Positions 23,001-32,269 of a stretch of DNA of 64,000 bases are shown here, one piece after another. This DNA comes from Corallochytrium limacisporum Hawaii (taxonomy: Eukaryota > Protista > Pluriformea): positions 4,435 through 68,434 of the forward strand of contig PDIP01000011.1 of assembly GCA_002811645.1 (NCBI GenBank), given 5' to 3'. The position numbers and the translations under genes are program-made. The notes below the pieces were generated by a model. That model was not told the origin of the DNA and ran no database searches. It was given only the letters and a program-made list of their open reading frames with translations. Every line of letters begins with the position of its first letter. Positions within the stretch are counted from its first letter, which is position 1.

Positions 23001-26000
23001 TGCGCAAAGTCTGGCTTGCGTATGGTGCATACATGGTCTCTGTACCGACAGCCGAAACATGAGCAATATTGTGCCATTCCACAGCATGCTTACCTTGCAG
23101 ACTGGCTGAGTGACGGAACTGGATCTGACGCTACGGGTGCGGTCATTGTGTATCTCCGCCGTCGGCTCTGGTTGGGTGCAACTTGTGGTCTGAACCAGCT
23201 GAGTTGCAGTGAGGTAAACCTGCTGTTTCACCAAATACGCTCCACAGTTTTCACGTACACCGCTCTAGGAGATGCACCTACTGGATATTTCTATCTTCTG
23301 GGTGGCATGATCTGCCAGCAGCACTGGGGTGGATATGAACTGGATCGACAGGAACGTTACACAGACCTGAAGCAGTATCTGCCGGTTTGTTTGCTTAAGA
23401 CCTTGGAAGCGGATGCCTTGGGACAGCTTGAGTATGCGCACTCGCAATTTGCTGATCTGGCACCCGTTGAAGCACAGATCCTTTATCTTGGAATGTGTAC
23501 CAGCTTGCAAGCATTTGGAGCTGGCTTCTTCAAGATTTCACACACAGGTTACTGGTCACTTCCAGCCTCCGTCCTCTGTGAAATTCGTCAGGATAAGCTA
23601 GTGTACGCTAATTTGAAGCTCAATGAGGTTCTCAGCGAATGGGAGGCGAGGGATGTCCTTGGCGTCGAGTACCACAGGGCTGATGATACATTTACCCTTA
23701 CGCTACGTGATCGGCGTCACAAGCGCTCCATGCACACCTTCAGCACCGGTCAGGCGCGGGAAATCGTCTCACTGCTTTACAGTTGTATGCCACATTTGTT
23801 GCACCGAGGGAAGCAAACGGCCAAGTCTCGGACTGGGGAAGTGCCTCCTGCCCCACAAGCGCTGTCGTCGGCACCCCGAAGGGGCCGAAGCCTGCGCGGT
23901 AGGGCCTGTGGCATGACCCTCTTTCTTTCTGGCGGCAGCCTGGACAGCCTGGTGCACGAGTCCGATCCAGTCGCACATTTCTATGAGAATCTTGCGTCGG
24001 CAAGAAACCGTCTCCTGAAAACTTCACGACTGATGCGGCAGAACAACCCGACAGTTGACAAGGAACTTCAGGTCCACGGAACCATGGATCTGAGTCTCAA
24101 TGGCGTCGCAACGGCTACCAAGGACACCTCCAAACGCACCAAGAATCCAATGCGATGGCTTCGAGACAGTGTTGGGAGGCGTGGATCTGGGGGAATACAT
24201 GGCCTTCGTCAGACCTCCAGTATCGACACGGACACCGAACTTATGCGCTTTTTGTGGTGTCAAGAGACTGTTCCGCTCAAGTCACCCCTGATGAACCGTT
24301 TGACCCTAGAACAGACTTCTACTGCGGTGTTTTGCTTCACAACACTTTTAATCATTCAAGATCTGGCGGTCAAAGAGGCCATGGAGGTCAGAGATCAGTT
24401 GTCAAAGACTGCCGATATGGTGAATGTTAACGAGATATTGGTAGACTCTGATTTGTGCGTAGCATCCAAAGGAAGTGATGTTAGTGCGGACCTGTCTGCG
24501 TCCGCGAGCCTAGGTTCCATGTCAGCGAGAAGAGAATTAATCCGTCAGATCATCCAGCAGTGCCTGAAGGATGGACCTCACGGGGGACTCACAGACGAGG
24601 TTTTCCTCCAACTTGTCAAGCAAACGACACTGTCGGCATTTGCCAAGTACCGTTCCAAGGTAACGACATCAAACAGTGGCCTCCGGAACCGGGACGAGAG
24701 CAGCACACAATTTGTAAAGGACATCCTTCGCACCCATCGTAAGACTCTAATTCCCGCGTGGGAAGTCTTGCTGTGTCTATGTGCTGTTGCTAAACCTCAT
24801 GACCCTGCGGTCACAGGAGTTGTGTATGCACATGCTCGATTCTGCTCGGCCCTGTTCGGCACAGTCGAGGTTATTGGACAGCATGCAAAGGAATGCTGTC
24901 AACACTTGAAGCGCCCTCGCTCGGCTCTTCCTCGCCGAATTGCTCCTTCGCATTTCGAAATGGATTGTATTCTGGCGCACGTCAGCGTTCCCATTAAGTT
25001 CTACTCACTCGACGGACAGTCTCGCGCACTCTCCGTTGAGCACGATATGTCTGTAGCTGAGGCAAAGAGTAAGCTCGTAATTAAAATGGGAATGGACACC
25101 ACCACAGCCGCCAAGGAGAGTCTGTCCTCTGTGGATGTTGCAGCCTTGCCGGCCAGGGAATGCAAGCGGCTGTGGGGTATCTATGAAGGGTTCGGTCAGC
25201 TCGAGCGTGCAATGCAGGACCATGATCGCATCTTGGATGCTATCGCGAAGTGGGAGATTTATGGGCATGGCATCAACTCAATGGAGTGTGTCCGCTTCAC
25301 TTTCAAGCAGCAACTGCAAATCGGAGATTTCACGATGCCCACTGGGGAGGTTGTATTTGGTCTTGTGTACCATCAGATCATGGACGGGCTTCGTCATGGA
25401 AGCATTCCCTTCCATACTGAGCAGGTCTTGGTATTCGTTGCGGCTCATTTACTCCAGATCCAACTTGGTGATGTTACTGATTCAGCCACATTCGCACAAT
25501 GGGAGGCCGTACTGAAGCAGTTCCTGAGTGACCAAGAAATTAAGACTGTCTGCACACACAGCGGTGAATTGCTCGATGTCTACAAGGAACTCAGTGGCTA
25601 CGATGGCAGACTGTGCAAGGCTGAGTTAATGGAATTGCTTGCTGAGCAGTGGGATCATCTCGGTGCCACCGTCTTTGAAGTCGTCCAGTATTTTAGCAGC
25701 GATCTGCCAAAGTCCTTATGGCTCGTCATCAACCACAACGGCATCCATGTGTCAGCACGGGGAGACACCAGCGAGCTGTTCTTGATTCGGTATCCCGAAC
25801 TTGTGCGCTATTCACCTTCAGAGAGGAACATCATGATTATCTCAGAGCGACAGGGAGGCAAGGCCACCGGCACGTGCATTTTCCACACGACGCAGTCCAT
25901 GCAAATTGCTGCTCTAATTTCATCGTACCTAGAATTGATGGAGAATGAAACCAAACCAGGCGATTTGGATCTTTCTGTGCCAGAGATCAAGCAAGAAATC

Positions 26001-26006
26001 CTATAG
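20088..26006 (+). CDS. Myosin-like protein: degenerate motor domain, 3 IQ, 2x MyTH4-FERM
   Basis: Head remnants QQIIETQTILNAF, WIFELMHAGMSDEE, AIWRTLAAIWHL, VYVGEAHLFFR; IQ motifs LQAHARMMQAR, IQQFVR, IQSVFRGHRVR; MyTH4 LRDEIYLQCIR and LTDEVFLQLVKQTT, each followed by a FERM-like region. Confidence 0.88.
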   Translation: MDGLIASIADLSQGRRSHVELGKDAVVLTGPNGKKGLKTVVHKWLQGPTGLLNRHPYLAIHTRSCRVDDFESQGIFLNNLLRRLRGPAWLLQQIIETQTILNAFCLHMKDACVVLGGYLRHGRLQLDGTTIKGSYSDFLLPAIEDVLGPKEMSARPPAWIFELMHAGMSDEELQNLGLETWEGDPSHSLIDQFGNVRVALSIMNVPNEWQEAIWRTLAAIWHLLDRTGSIVAGQPVQARIEIACKLLQCDPKGFEGNLDVYRFASSVYWRLMLWVVRQCNIATGVSLASSEKESSFLHFTIGNVAPGGDLEMFRDLWQMQPQINEYATQRKELETECGIILPNAIGMDNDFEGCLESHRTEPVKQMEEIEDKVESILRRSSDLVVEGLSEAANLFRIAVLKVLVARMKAVCPELTSKSKLPPVPLYNVCTAQQVFETLKMSRFPSTVFAVPPDVDCSTLSDQGCDIALVLSSHGFVKLATTKDCERMFRVLLPEKPWDEELSCALRSLLPEQARSGVYVGEAHLFFRSDTWQELNTKHNMVYLQYLTRLQAHARMMQARSQYLNTMKAIRTIQQFVRPRRQRTEYLKQREAALMIQSVFRGHRVRMGDETLSRLRKLAITPNEADEQDEAALILEVIRHTASFSANCLETLSRSMNAMTAAKELMQSYRSVRNPALMTAKRSTGTSVAATGVTTAASVALGQQDGIMEASMESAALLVQDDSTKQGVYRHWRSLKLDEYLRKLWNYYDEENLQAAIDSFWTPVSKTGDDLKLFCQYNNTRQEEIAETTISIMWKCITRRINDSTVLHDTFVDQCQIVVSNAYSIPPLRDEIYLQCIRFASQLGQSQTNGSSGSRMIRLRRLWVLISQFTLCFVPSKHLSHYFLGFLLRTVDTFMAKDEDDGGFCADYARFSFRCVRRTRLCGQRKTECTSQEVKEVHDLKPRRVKVILPDGVAKLFVMKHGMVARDMVAEVCAKSGLRMVHTWSLYRQPKHEQYCAIPQHAYLADWLSDGTGSDATGAVIVYLRRRLWLGATCGLNQLSCSEVNLLFHQIRSTVFTYTALGDAPTGYFYLLGGMICQQHWGGYELDRQERYTDLKQYLPVCLLKTLEADALGQLEYAHSQFADLAPVEAQILYLGMCTSLQAFGAGFFKISHTGYWSLPASVLCEIRQDKLVYANLKLNEVLSEWEARDVLGVEYHRADDTFTLTLRDRRHKRSMHTFSTGQAREIVSLLYSCMPHLLHRGKQTAKSRTGEVPPAPQALSSAPRRGRSLRGRACGMTLFLSGGSLDSLVHESDPVAHFYENLASARNRLLKTSRLMRQNNPTVDKELQVHGTMDLSLNGVATATKDTSKRTKNPMRWLRDSVGRRGSGGIHGLRQTSSIDTDTELMRFLWCQETVPLKSPLMNRLTLEQTSTAVFCFTTLLIIQDLAVKEAMEVRDQLSKTADMVNVNEILVDSDLCVASKGSDVSADLSASASLGSMSARRELIRQIIQQCLKDGPHGGLTDEVFLQLVKQTTLSAFAKYRSKVTTSNSGLRNRDESSTQFVKDILRTHRKTLIPAWEVLLCLCAVAKPHDPAVTGVVYAHARFCSALFGTVEVIGQHAKECCQHLKRPRSALPRRIAPSHFEMDCILAHVSVPIKFYSLDGQSRALSVEHDMSVAEAKSKLVIKMGMDTTTAAKESLSSVDVAALPARECKRLWGIYEGFGQLERAMQDHDRILDAIAKWEIYGHGINSMECVRFTFKQQLQIGDFTMPTGEVVFGLVYHQIMDGLRHGSIPFHTEQVLVFVAAHLLQIQLGDVTDSATFAQWEAVLKQFLSDQEIKTVCTHSGELLDVYKELSGYDGRLCKAELMELLAEQWDHLGATVFEVVQYFSSDLPKSLWLVINHNGIHVSARGDTSELFLIRYPELVRYSPSERNIMIISERQGGKATGTCIFHTTQSMQIAALISSYLELMENETKPGDLDLSVPEIKQEIL

Positions 26007-26063
26007 TTGTAGTATCTCGATATCCACTTCTTTAAACTTCTATTATATGTCTGAATGCAAGCA

Positions 26064-26573
26064 TCATAAGAACTTTGACCACTTGGCCCGTCGGACTTCA
26101 TCTTCCTGCATATTTGGTTCAACAACAGTATGGTCAGCCTGTGATGTATTGGCATGTTCCTGGTGGTCTTCATCCTCTTCTCCCTTACGGTCATCTACTG
26201 GTCTCTTCTTTACGTATCGGTCCAATGTCTCTTCATGTGCTCTGTATTCATCATCATTATCATAGCCGTGAATCAGCTCGTCCTCACCCTCTAGATACTC
26301 TTGCGCATAAATGTCCTCAGACTCCTCTGGATCCTGCACCATTGCGGCCGCTTCAAAGCCACCGGTCGGAGTTTCTTTCGCCTTGCGCATGTTGTACTCT
26401 TGGACTAATTGCCGGAGTTCCTGACCCGATCCTTTATGGTAGATGCGCTTGACGCTCTGTTTCAAGTTGCACACTTTACATTTGAATGTGAAAGGCGGTT
26501 TGGTCTTTTCTATGTGCGCCTGATACATCCCACAATTGTCGTCGACGCACCGGAGAATCCAAGACCCAGACAT
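26064..26573 (-). CDS. MRNIP: MRN complex-interacting protein (C5orf45/UPF0544-like)
   Basis: LRCVDDNCGMYQAH..FKCKVCNLKQSVKRIY..GSGQELRQLVQEYN and C-terminal KWSKFL; start moved from the track's GTG (26624) to ATG 26573. Confidence 0.8.
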   Translation of the reverse strand: MSGSWILRCVDDNCGMYQAHIEKTKPPFTFKCKVCNLKQSVKRIYHKGSGQELRQLVQEYNMRKAKETPTGGFEAAAMVQDPEESEDIYAQEYLEGEDELIHGYDNDDEYRAHEETLDRYVKKRPVDDRKGEEDEDHQEHANTSQADHTVVEPNMQEDEVRRAKWSKFL

Positions 26574-27293
26574 TCTTCCATGCCTTGAATGCTCGCTGAG
26601 ATCTTCCGCTTTGAACGATTTCACCTTTGGGATCCGTACTCACGTTCATATCGAAACTCTACACATCCAGTGAGCAACCATTTTGTACCAAATGGAAATG
26701 ATGGTGAAAGCTACCATCGTCTCCCATCGTTTAAAATGATTGATCACAACGACGCCTCAGAGGTCGAATTTTCCGCGCCAACGACTATAAAAGCGAACCC
26801 TGATCTTAATTCGAGACTCGGGAACTGACCCCTCAACCCGCCCGTTCCAGGGGCTCTCTTTCTTGTCGGTGCACAAAGTGGCCTCCCCAAAATTGCGAAA
26901 CAGTTCACACTTGTTTTGGACAAACTAGTCAACAGGGCTTATGAAGACACCCCCGGGGGCGGCGGGGGGGAGGGGGAGAGGAAAGGGCTGCAGCCTCAGT
27001 AGTTGAGAATGGAAGCACCATTGAACACTAGTCATTTTCATTCAGACTTTCATAGCGTTCTGGTATTCGACAGAGACCAATCAAGTGTATAGATCAGTAT
27101 AACCAGGTAATATTTTACGATCTTGTTTAGCCACGTGTGGTGTAAACCACAGAGATGAGTGCACTGCAACCGTAGACTCCCCAAAGTGCGCTATGTAGAA
27201 ACAGGCGGCGAATCCGGACGCAGTGCAAATAACCTAGACAAACACTCATACACTGCTGGGTGACTTTCCCTGAAACACTGAAAGCACACCACC

Positions 27294-29912
27294 ATGTCGA
27301 GTCACACCTGGCAGAGCATGAACGATGTCTTCTATCGGAAGACAGAGTTATACATTTTGGAGTGGCGCTTGGATTTGAATAGACATATGGTAGTGATGGG
27401 CCCAAACTGTGGGCCAGTGGCTGCCGTATTGGATGATCGGAAACTACAGCCTTTTGGGTCGACAGTAAACAGTAGGACCATTCCGAGGGGACAAATTCAC
27501 ACTTTTAACGGGGCCGGTGAACGCATTGGGCAGATCAACTATGACGCCTCTGGGGGAGAGCACTTGGTAGACATGGCCTGGACTGAGGGTGAGCTCCTCT
27601 TGCTCGTCTTTGAGAGCGGCCTGATTCGAGTACATAACATGCACGGGGCCTTCGTCACAGAATTCAGTTTTGGGCGAGAGGTAGAAGCCGCTGGTGTGGT
27701 GGACAGTCGTATCTTCGGCACTGGAGTGGTGGTGCTGACACGTGACTGGCGTTTTTTTGCGGTGCTGAATTTGGAAAATCCACGGCCGAAACAAGTCAGT
27801 GAGGGAATCCCGGGAATGGACACTCAGCCTATGGCATGGACTATCATTGAGCCCATTTTCACTCACAGTCGACAGTTGGAGATAGTTGTGGCATACGATT
27901 CCACTATCTATGTGATTGATTTTGTGAACTGCCAAGACCAAATGTTGACGCATGGCCCTTATGTACAGATGACCTTGAGTCCGGACCGCAAGCTCATCAG
28001 TCTGCTCAATGACACCGGACAAATGTATGTGACCACATCAGATTTCATGACTACATACTCCGAGTTTAACACCCAGAGCAAGGAGCAACCACGACAGATG
28101 TGCTGGTGCGCAAATGATGCGGTTGCAGCAGAATGGAACGGTTCTTTGCTCATTATTGGACCCTACGGAGATTGGATCAAGTATGAATACGATCCCCACG
28201 ATGCCATTCAATTGTTCAGTGAGCGCGACGGTCTGCGCATTATCAGCGGCTACGGTCATGAATTTTTTGAGAAAGTACCTTCCGCTTTGGTGAACGCTTT
28301 GCGCATTGGTTCGGCTGCCCCTGCGGCTCTGCTTTACGATGCAGCTGCCCTGTACCACGAAGGCAATCCGCGCTGTGATTCTCTTATGCGCCTCATCTTG
28401 TTCCAGGAGGACAGCACCACGGATGCGAAAGCTGACGGCGAAGGAACGTCGATGGTTGTGGCCAATGGTACTGGAGCCGATAGTGCAAAGTTGACCGAGG
28501 CGGTGGAGGACTGCATCAGTTGTGCGACTCAAGAATGGGAAGCGTCTAGCCAGAAGAAATTTCTACAGGCTGCAGCCTTTGGTAAGGGCTATATGGAATT
28601 CTATTTCAGTGGGCCATTTGTGAATGCGAGCAAGTATTTGCGCGTTTTAAACGCGCTGCGTCATCTCTCAGTCGGATATCCCCTGAGCTATGGAGAGTTT
28701 CAGGATCTGGGACTGGAAGCGGTCATATCACGTTTGTTGGAGCGGCATCATCACCTTCTGGCGTTCCGCATTTGTGAATGGATGAACATGGATTTGCAGG
28801 GCGTGTTGGACCACTGGGCTTGTTTAAAAACCCAAGAATCGAGTGCTCTGTCAGATGACGAGGTGGCACAACTCATATTTGACAAAATGGATGGTATCAG
28901 GGGCATTAGCTTCCGTGCGGTGTCCGAAGCGGCATGGAAGAACGGCCGAACCCGCCTGGCCTCCAAACTGATTGAGAAGGAGCCACGTGCATCACTCCAG
29001 GTGCCCCAGTTGCTGCGTATGGGCGAGCATCAATTAGCGTTAAAACGCGCCGCGGCGTCAGGAGATCCGGATCTGATTCTGTACGCTGCGCTGCAAATTA
29101 AGCGTGTCCTCCCCTTGGCCGAGTATCTCAAACTACTTGGCGAATCAAAGCTGACCGCGGATACAGTGCTATCGTACGCCAAGGAAAGCGACCTTGGGCT
29201 CGTGAGCGATATTCTCTACCAAACAGATCGCAAGCAAGAAAGCATTCACATGATGTTTGAGGAGCTTCAGTTTAAACGGGCAGGGAGTACACAAGAGCGC
29301 ATGGATAAACTCAAGGTGATGAGTGGCATGTATCAAGAAATAGGCAACAACATTGACAGCAAGATTCTGGAAGATGAGATCCGCCTATTGAATCACCAGA
29401 AGGACATCAGTCGATCCACTGGTATCCAACTAGATGGATACACTCTGAACCAGACGGTCCTGGAATGTATCATCAACGGTATGTCCAAGAAGGCTGACGA
29501 CTTGCGCAAAGAATTCAAAATTCCTGAGAAGCGGTTCTGGTACCTCAAGGCTCGCGGCTTGAGTCAGAAACGGGACTGGGTAGAGCTCGAGAAATTCTGT
29601 AAATCCAAGTCGAAGAGCCCGATCGGGTACGTACCGTTTGCAGAAGGATGCATCAACTGCGGTAATGTGCCTGAAGCGGAGAAGTACATTGTCAAGTGCG
29701 GTCTTGAGGACCAGGCACATCTGTACTTGAAGTGCAAGAACTGGGAGGAGGCTGTGAACACCGCCACGCAGGCGCGATCTACGGACCTGCTCAGATATAT
29801 TAAGCGCAGCCTGGCTGATGAGGCAACGCAGAACCACTCTCTGACTCAAAATGCGCTGGATCGCCTAAATGACAGCATTGATGAGGGGGTGCGCACAATC
29901 CGGCAAAGCTAA
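27294..29912 (+). CDS. VPS16: HOPS/CORVET subunit Vps16
   Basis: N-terminal W..MNDVFYRKTELY, GPVA, WCANDAV, AAAFGK, LRVLNALR, QVPQLL, SGDPDL, FKIPEKRFWYLK, KSPIGYVPF. Confidence 0.95.
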   Translation: MSSHTWQSMNDVFYRKTELYILEWRLDLNRHMVVMGPNCGPVAAVLDDRKLQPFGSTVNSRTIPRGQIHTFNGAGERIGQINYDASGGEHLVDMAWTEGELLLLVFESGLIRVHNMHGAFVTEFSFGREVEAAGVVDSRIFGTGVVVLTRDWRFFAVLNLENPRPKQVSEGIPGMDTQPMAWTIIEPIFTHSRQLEIVVAYDSTIYVIDFVNCQDQMLTHGPYVQMTLSPDRKLISLLNDTGQMYVTTSDFMTTYSEFNTQSKEQPRQMCWCANDAVAAEWNGSLLIIGPYGDWIKYEYDPHDAIQLFSERDGLRIISGYGHEFFEKVPSALVNALRIGSAAPAALLYDAAALYHEGNPRCDSLMRLILFQEDSTTDAKADGEGTSMVVANGTGADSAKLTEAVEDCISCATQEWEASSQKKFLQAAAFGKGYMEFYFSGPFVNASKYLRVLNALRHLSVGYPLSYGEFQDLGLEAVISRLLERHHHLLAFRICEWMNMDLQGVLDHWACLKTQESSALSDDEVAQLIFDKMDGIRGISFRAVSEAAWKNGRTRLASKLIEKEPRASLQVPQLLRMGEHQLALKRAAASGDPDLILYAALQIKRVLPLAEYLKLLGESKLTADTVLSYAKESDLGLVSDILYQTDRKQESIHMMFEELQFKRAGSTQERMDKLKVMSGMYQEIGNNIDSKILEDEIRLLNHQKDISRSTGIQLDGYTLNQTVLECIINGMSKKADDLRKEFKIPEKRFWYLKARGLSQKRDWVELEKFCKSKSKSPIGYVPFAEGCINCGNVPEAEKYIVKCGLEDQAHLYLKCKNWEEAVNTATQARSTDLLRYIKRSLADEATQNHSLTQNALDRLNDSIDEGVRTIRQS

Positions 29913-29981
29913 TCTTAGGCTTTTGTACACACACATACAAACCGTTGAAGTGTTATGATCAATCGATGGCGACACTCTAGA

Positions 29982-30352
29982 TGCTCACGACAGGCTCTGC
30001 CCGAAGTCTTTCAGTTTCAGTGCGGCTGATGCGGATCATCGTTAAGGTTACCCTGCTCCCGATGCGCAGACGGGCGCAGGTCCCGAAGCCGATTTCATAG
30101 CGCAGATGTTCTAGACTGGGGATCGCAGTTTTTACGTGCGCAGGGGACCCGCCCACTGCCGAGAACTTTGGGACCCCGTGGTCCTGCGTGTCCCTCTCTC
30201 CCCACCGTTCACCGGCTTCGGCAACAGAGAAAATACAGCGGGTGGGGCTTACGCTTTCGCAGACAACGCTGGGAGGTATATCCAATTTGGCTCCTGCCCG
30301 CGGAGTGGCTTGAGTGTTTGAGATTTTCGGCAAGGGCCAACTCCCGTGAGCA
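29982..30352 (+). ncRNA. Unassigned structured RNA candidate (~370 nt)
   Basis: Nested helices found by eye: 29982-29989/30345-30352 (8 bp perfect), 29993-29998/30333-30338, hairpin 30052-30080, 30083-30091/30213-30221 (9 bp perfect), 30117-30122/30199-30204, 30136-30145/30182-30191, 30238-30248/30290-30301; G-U pairs favour the + strand. Confidence 0.55.
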
Positions 30353-30375
30353 GTTTCTGCGGCCCAAATAAATTG

Positions 30376-30428
30376 GTAAGACAAAGAACAGAAAGTTTGT
30401 TTGTTAAGCTATTGAGAGCTGACTATAG
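30376..30428 (+). other. Candidate 53-nt spliceosomal intron in non-coding sequence
   Basis: GTAAGA donor, CTGAC branch motif at 30419-30423, TAG acceptor. Confidence 0.45.
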
Positions 30429-30520
30429 AGGATGAGCTCTATACACTCGCTTTCCTCTGTTGATGTACCAGTGCGTTGAAGATGTGACGTCCAAAAAGCA
30501 ATGTGAATCGTACCAGTACT

Positions 30521-31447
30521 ATGTCACCACCACGGTTCGTGGCCGCTGTGGTGAACATCAGCGAAGGTCGGAATCGACAGGTCCTTGATAGACTGGTGAA
30601 AGCAATTGAACACACGTGTACTACGAACAAGCGTAGTGCGCTCATTCGGACATTCTTCGATTTCGAATATCACAGAAGTTCGTTTACAATTGGTGGAGAA
30701 CTTGATGCGGTTGCGTCTGCTGTGCTGTCGCTTTGCCGAGAGGCTTGTCGAACAATTGATCTGATGCAACAGCACATGGAGGGTGCACTTCATCCACGCC
30801 GTGGTGTGGCAGATTTGGTACCATTCTATCCCTTAGGTGATGACGTGCAACGCATGATCAGTGACCCATCAACACAAAGTGAGGTGCGGAAATTTGGCGC
30901 TTTGCTTAGTCAACAATGCCAAATAGGAGTGATGTATTTCGGGGCACTGGACCACCGGAAGCACCGCACTTTGCCACAGCGTCGCAAGGAAATCGGATGG
31001 TTTAAGCATTCCCAGGATGGAGCTGTCGACTGGGCATCGCTGGTCGATGCCATCGATGAAGTGCCCAACCTTGCTGATGACCAAGGTAACATGAAGCCGA
31101 CGGTGTTGCCCAGTCGAGGAATTTGTGCGGTGGGAATGGTCCCGTTTGTCATGAATTGCAACTATGGATTGAGTACAGACGACCTTGCAGTGGGCAAGGA
31201 GCTTGCACGCAGGGTCCGGCAAGCCGGTAAACTGGAAACAATGGCCTTCATGCACAACGGTGCTGTTGAGGTAGCCTGCAACGTCCTGGCCGCCCACGAT
31301 CAGAGCGAGGCAGAGGTACGGCAGCTGCTCGATGGTTGTGCAACTGATTTAAATACCACTGTCACCGAGTGCCTCACTGTTGGGCTCAGTCCAGGATCAG
31401 CACTTTCCAATACTCAGAAAGCACTGGCCAAGTACGAAATTGACTGA
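30521..31447 (+). CDS. Stand-alone glutamate formiminotransferase domain protein (FTCDNL1-like, no cyclodeaminase)
   Basis: NISEGR, DFEYHRSSFTI, IDL..H.G..HPRRGVADLVPFYPL, EVACN; start set at first ATG 30521 instead of the track's GTG. Confidence 0.85.
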   Translation: MSPPRFVAAVVNISEGRNRQVLDRLVKAIEHTCTTNKRSALIRTFFDFEYHRSSFTIGGELDAVASAVLSLCREACRTIDLMQQHMEGALHPRRGVADLVPFYPLGDDVQRMISDPSTQSEVRKFGALLSQQCQIGVMYFGALDHRKHRTLPQRRKEIGWFKHSQDGAVDWASLVDAIDEVPNLADDQGNMKPTVLPSRGICAVGMVPFVMNCNYGLSTDDLAVGKELARRVRQAGKLETMAFMHNGAVEVACNVLAAHDQSEAEVRQLLDGCATDLNTTVTECLTVGLSPGSALSNTQKALAKYEID

Positions 31448-31528
31448 CCCCAATGCAGAAATCATAAGATTCTGATTCAAAATACTCTCCTAGTACATTT
31501 CAATATATTCGCATGAAATATATTCCAT

Positions 31529-31544
31529 AGGAGACACGCGTGGA
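31529..31544 (+). promoter_or_regulatory. Candidate ribosome-biogenesis promoter motif, copy 1
   Basis: AGGAGACACGCGTGGA, 15/16 identical to 57997-58012; contains the non-canonical E-box CACGCG. Confidence 0.35.
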
Positions 31545-32269
31545 GGGTAGGGGCTGAGTCGGTTTCCCCAGGGGGAGAAAGGAGTTTCGTTTGCACCGTT
31601 GACCGAGGGGCGCAAAGAGCGGAAGGGAAGCGCGGATGCAGAACCCCCTCCTCCTCCCACCCCCTACGCACTTTCCCAAAGAAAAAGTACGACGTGAATG
31701 GGCAAAAAGGGGAGGCACGAGGAAGAAGAAAAGGCGGGTCTCACACGCGCGGGTGGAGTTAACCCCGTCTCCACACCCCCCCCCCTTCCCGTGTGTGTGC
31801 GTGTGTTCGCACACATTGTCATCCACACTGGGTACAAATCCCCTCGGTGGGGGTGTTCGTCCCCTCGGGACACACGCAGCCAATGTGGGCCAGGTCTTGT
31901 GTGCGCGCCAGTGAAGGTGCGGCGGCACAGGCCTGCTCGTTTTTTACTGATGTGTGAAGCCTCATTGGACTTAGTGACTGATAATTTAGTCATTTGGCGG
32001 CCAGGATCTACACCTGTGCGATCTTGTACAACTAGAAGGTGGTCTTTGGTACTTTACGGTTGAATGTCCCAAAACCACACTCGGAGCAGGACGCGGGGCA
32101 GCATTAAGAAATCCACGAGGGCATGGCCGCCACTTATGTCAAATAGATCTTAAAGAAATAGTACATCTGACATTATCGTAGACGGAGCACATCATGACCA
32201 CGGCCTAACCGGGCTCACGAAAGTTTTAATTTGTGATACACTCGCGTACACATATTTGTAGGGTGCACC

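Noticed and set aside
27081-27091. ATCAAGTGTA resembling U2 snRNA
   Set aside because: Flanking U2 sequence and the full GUAGUA branch-pairing motif are absent
30041-30054. GTTAAGGTTACCC as a telomerase template
   Set aside because: On the strand favoured by G-U pairs it would template a C-rich repeat, and no CCCUAA-type template is present
29977-30384. 135-aa minus-strand ORF over the structured element
   Set aside because: TTG start and no recognisable motifs; base-pairing on the + strand explains the region better
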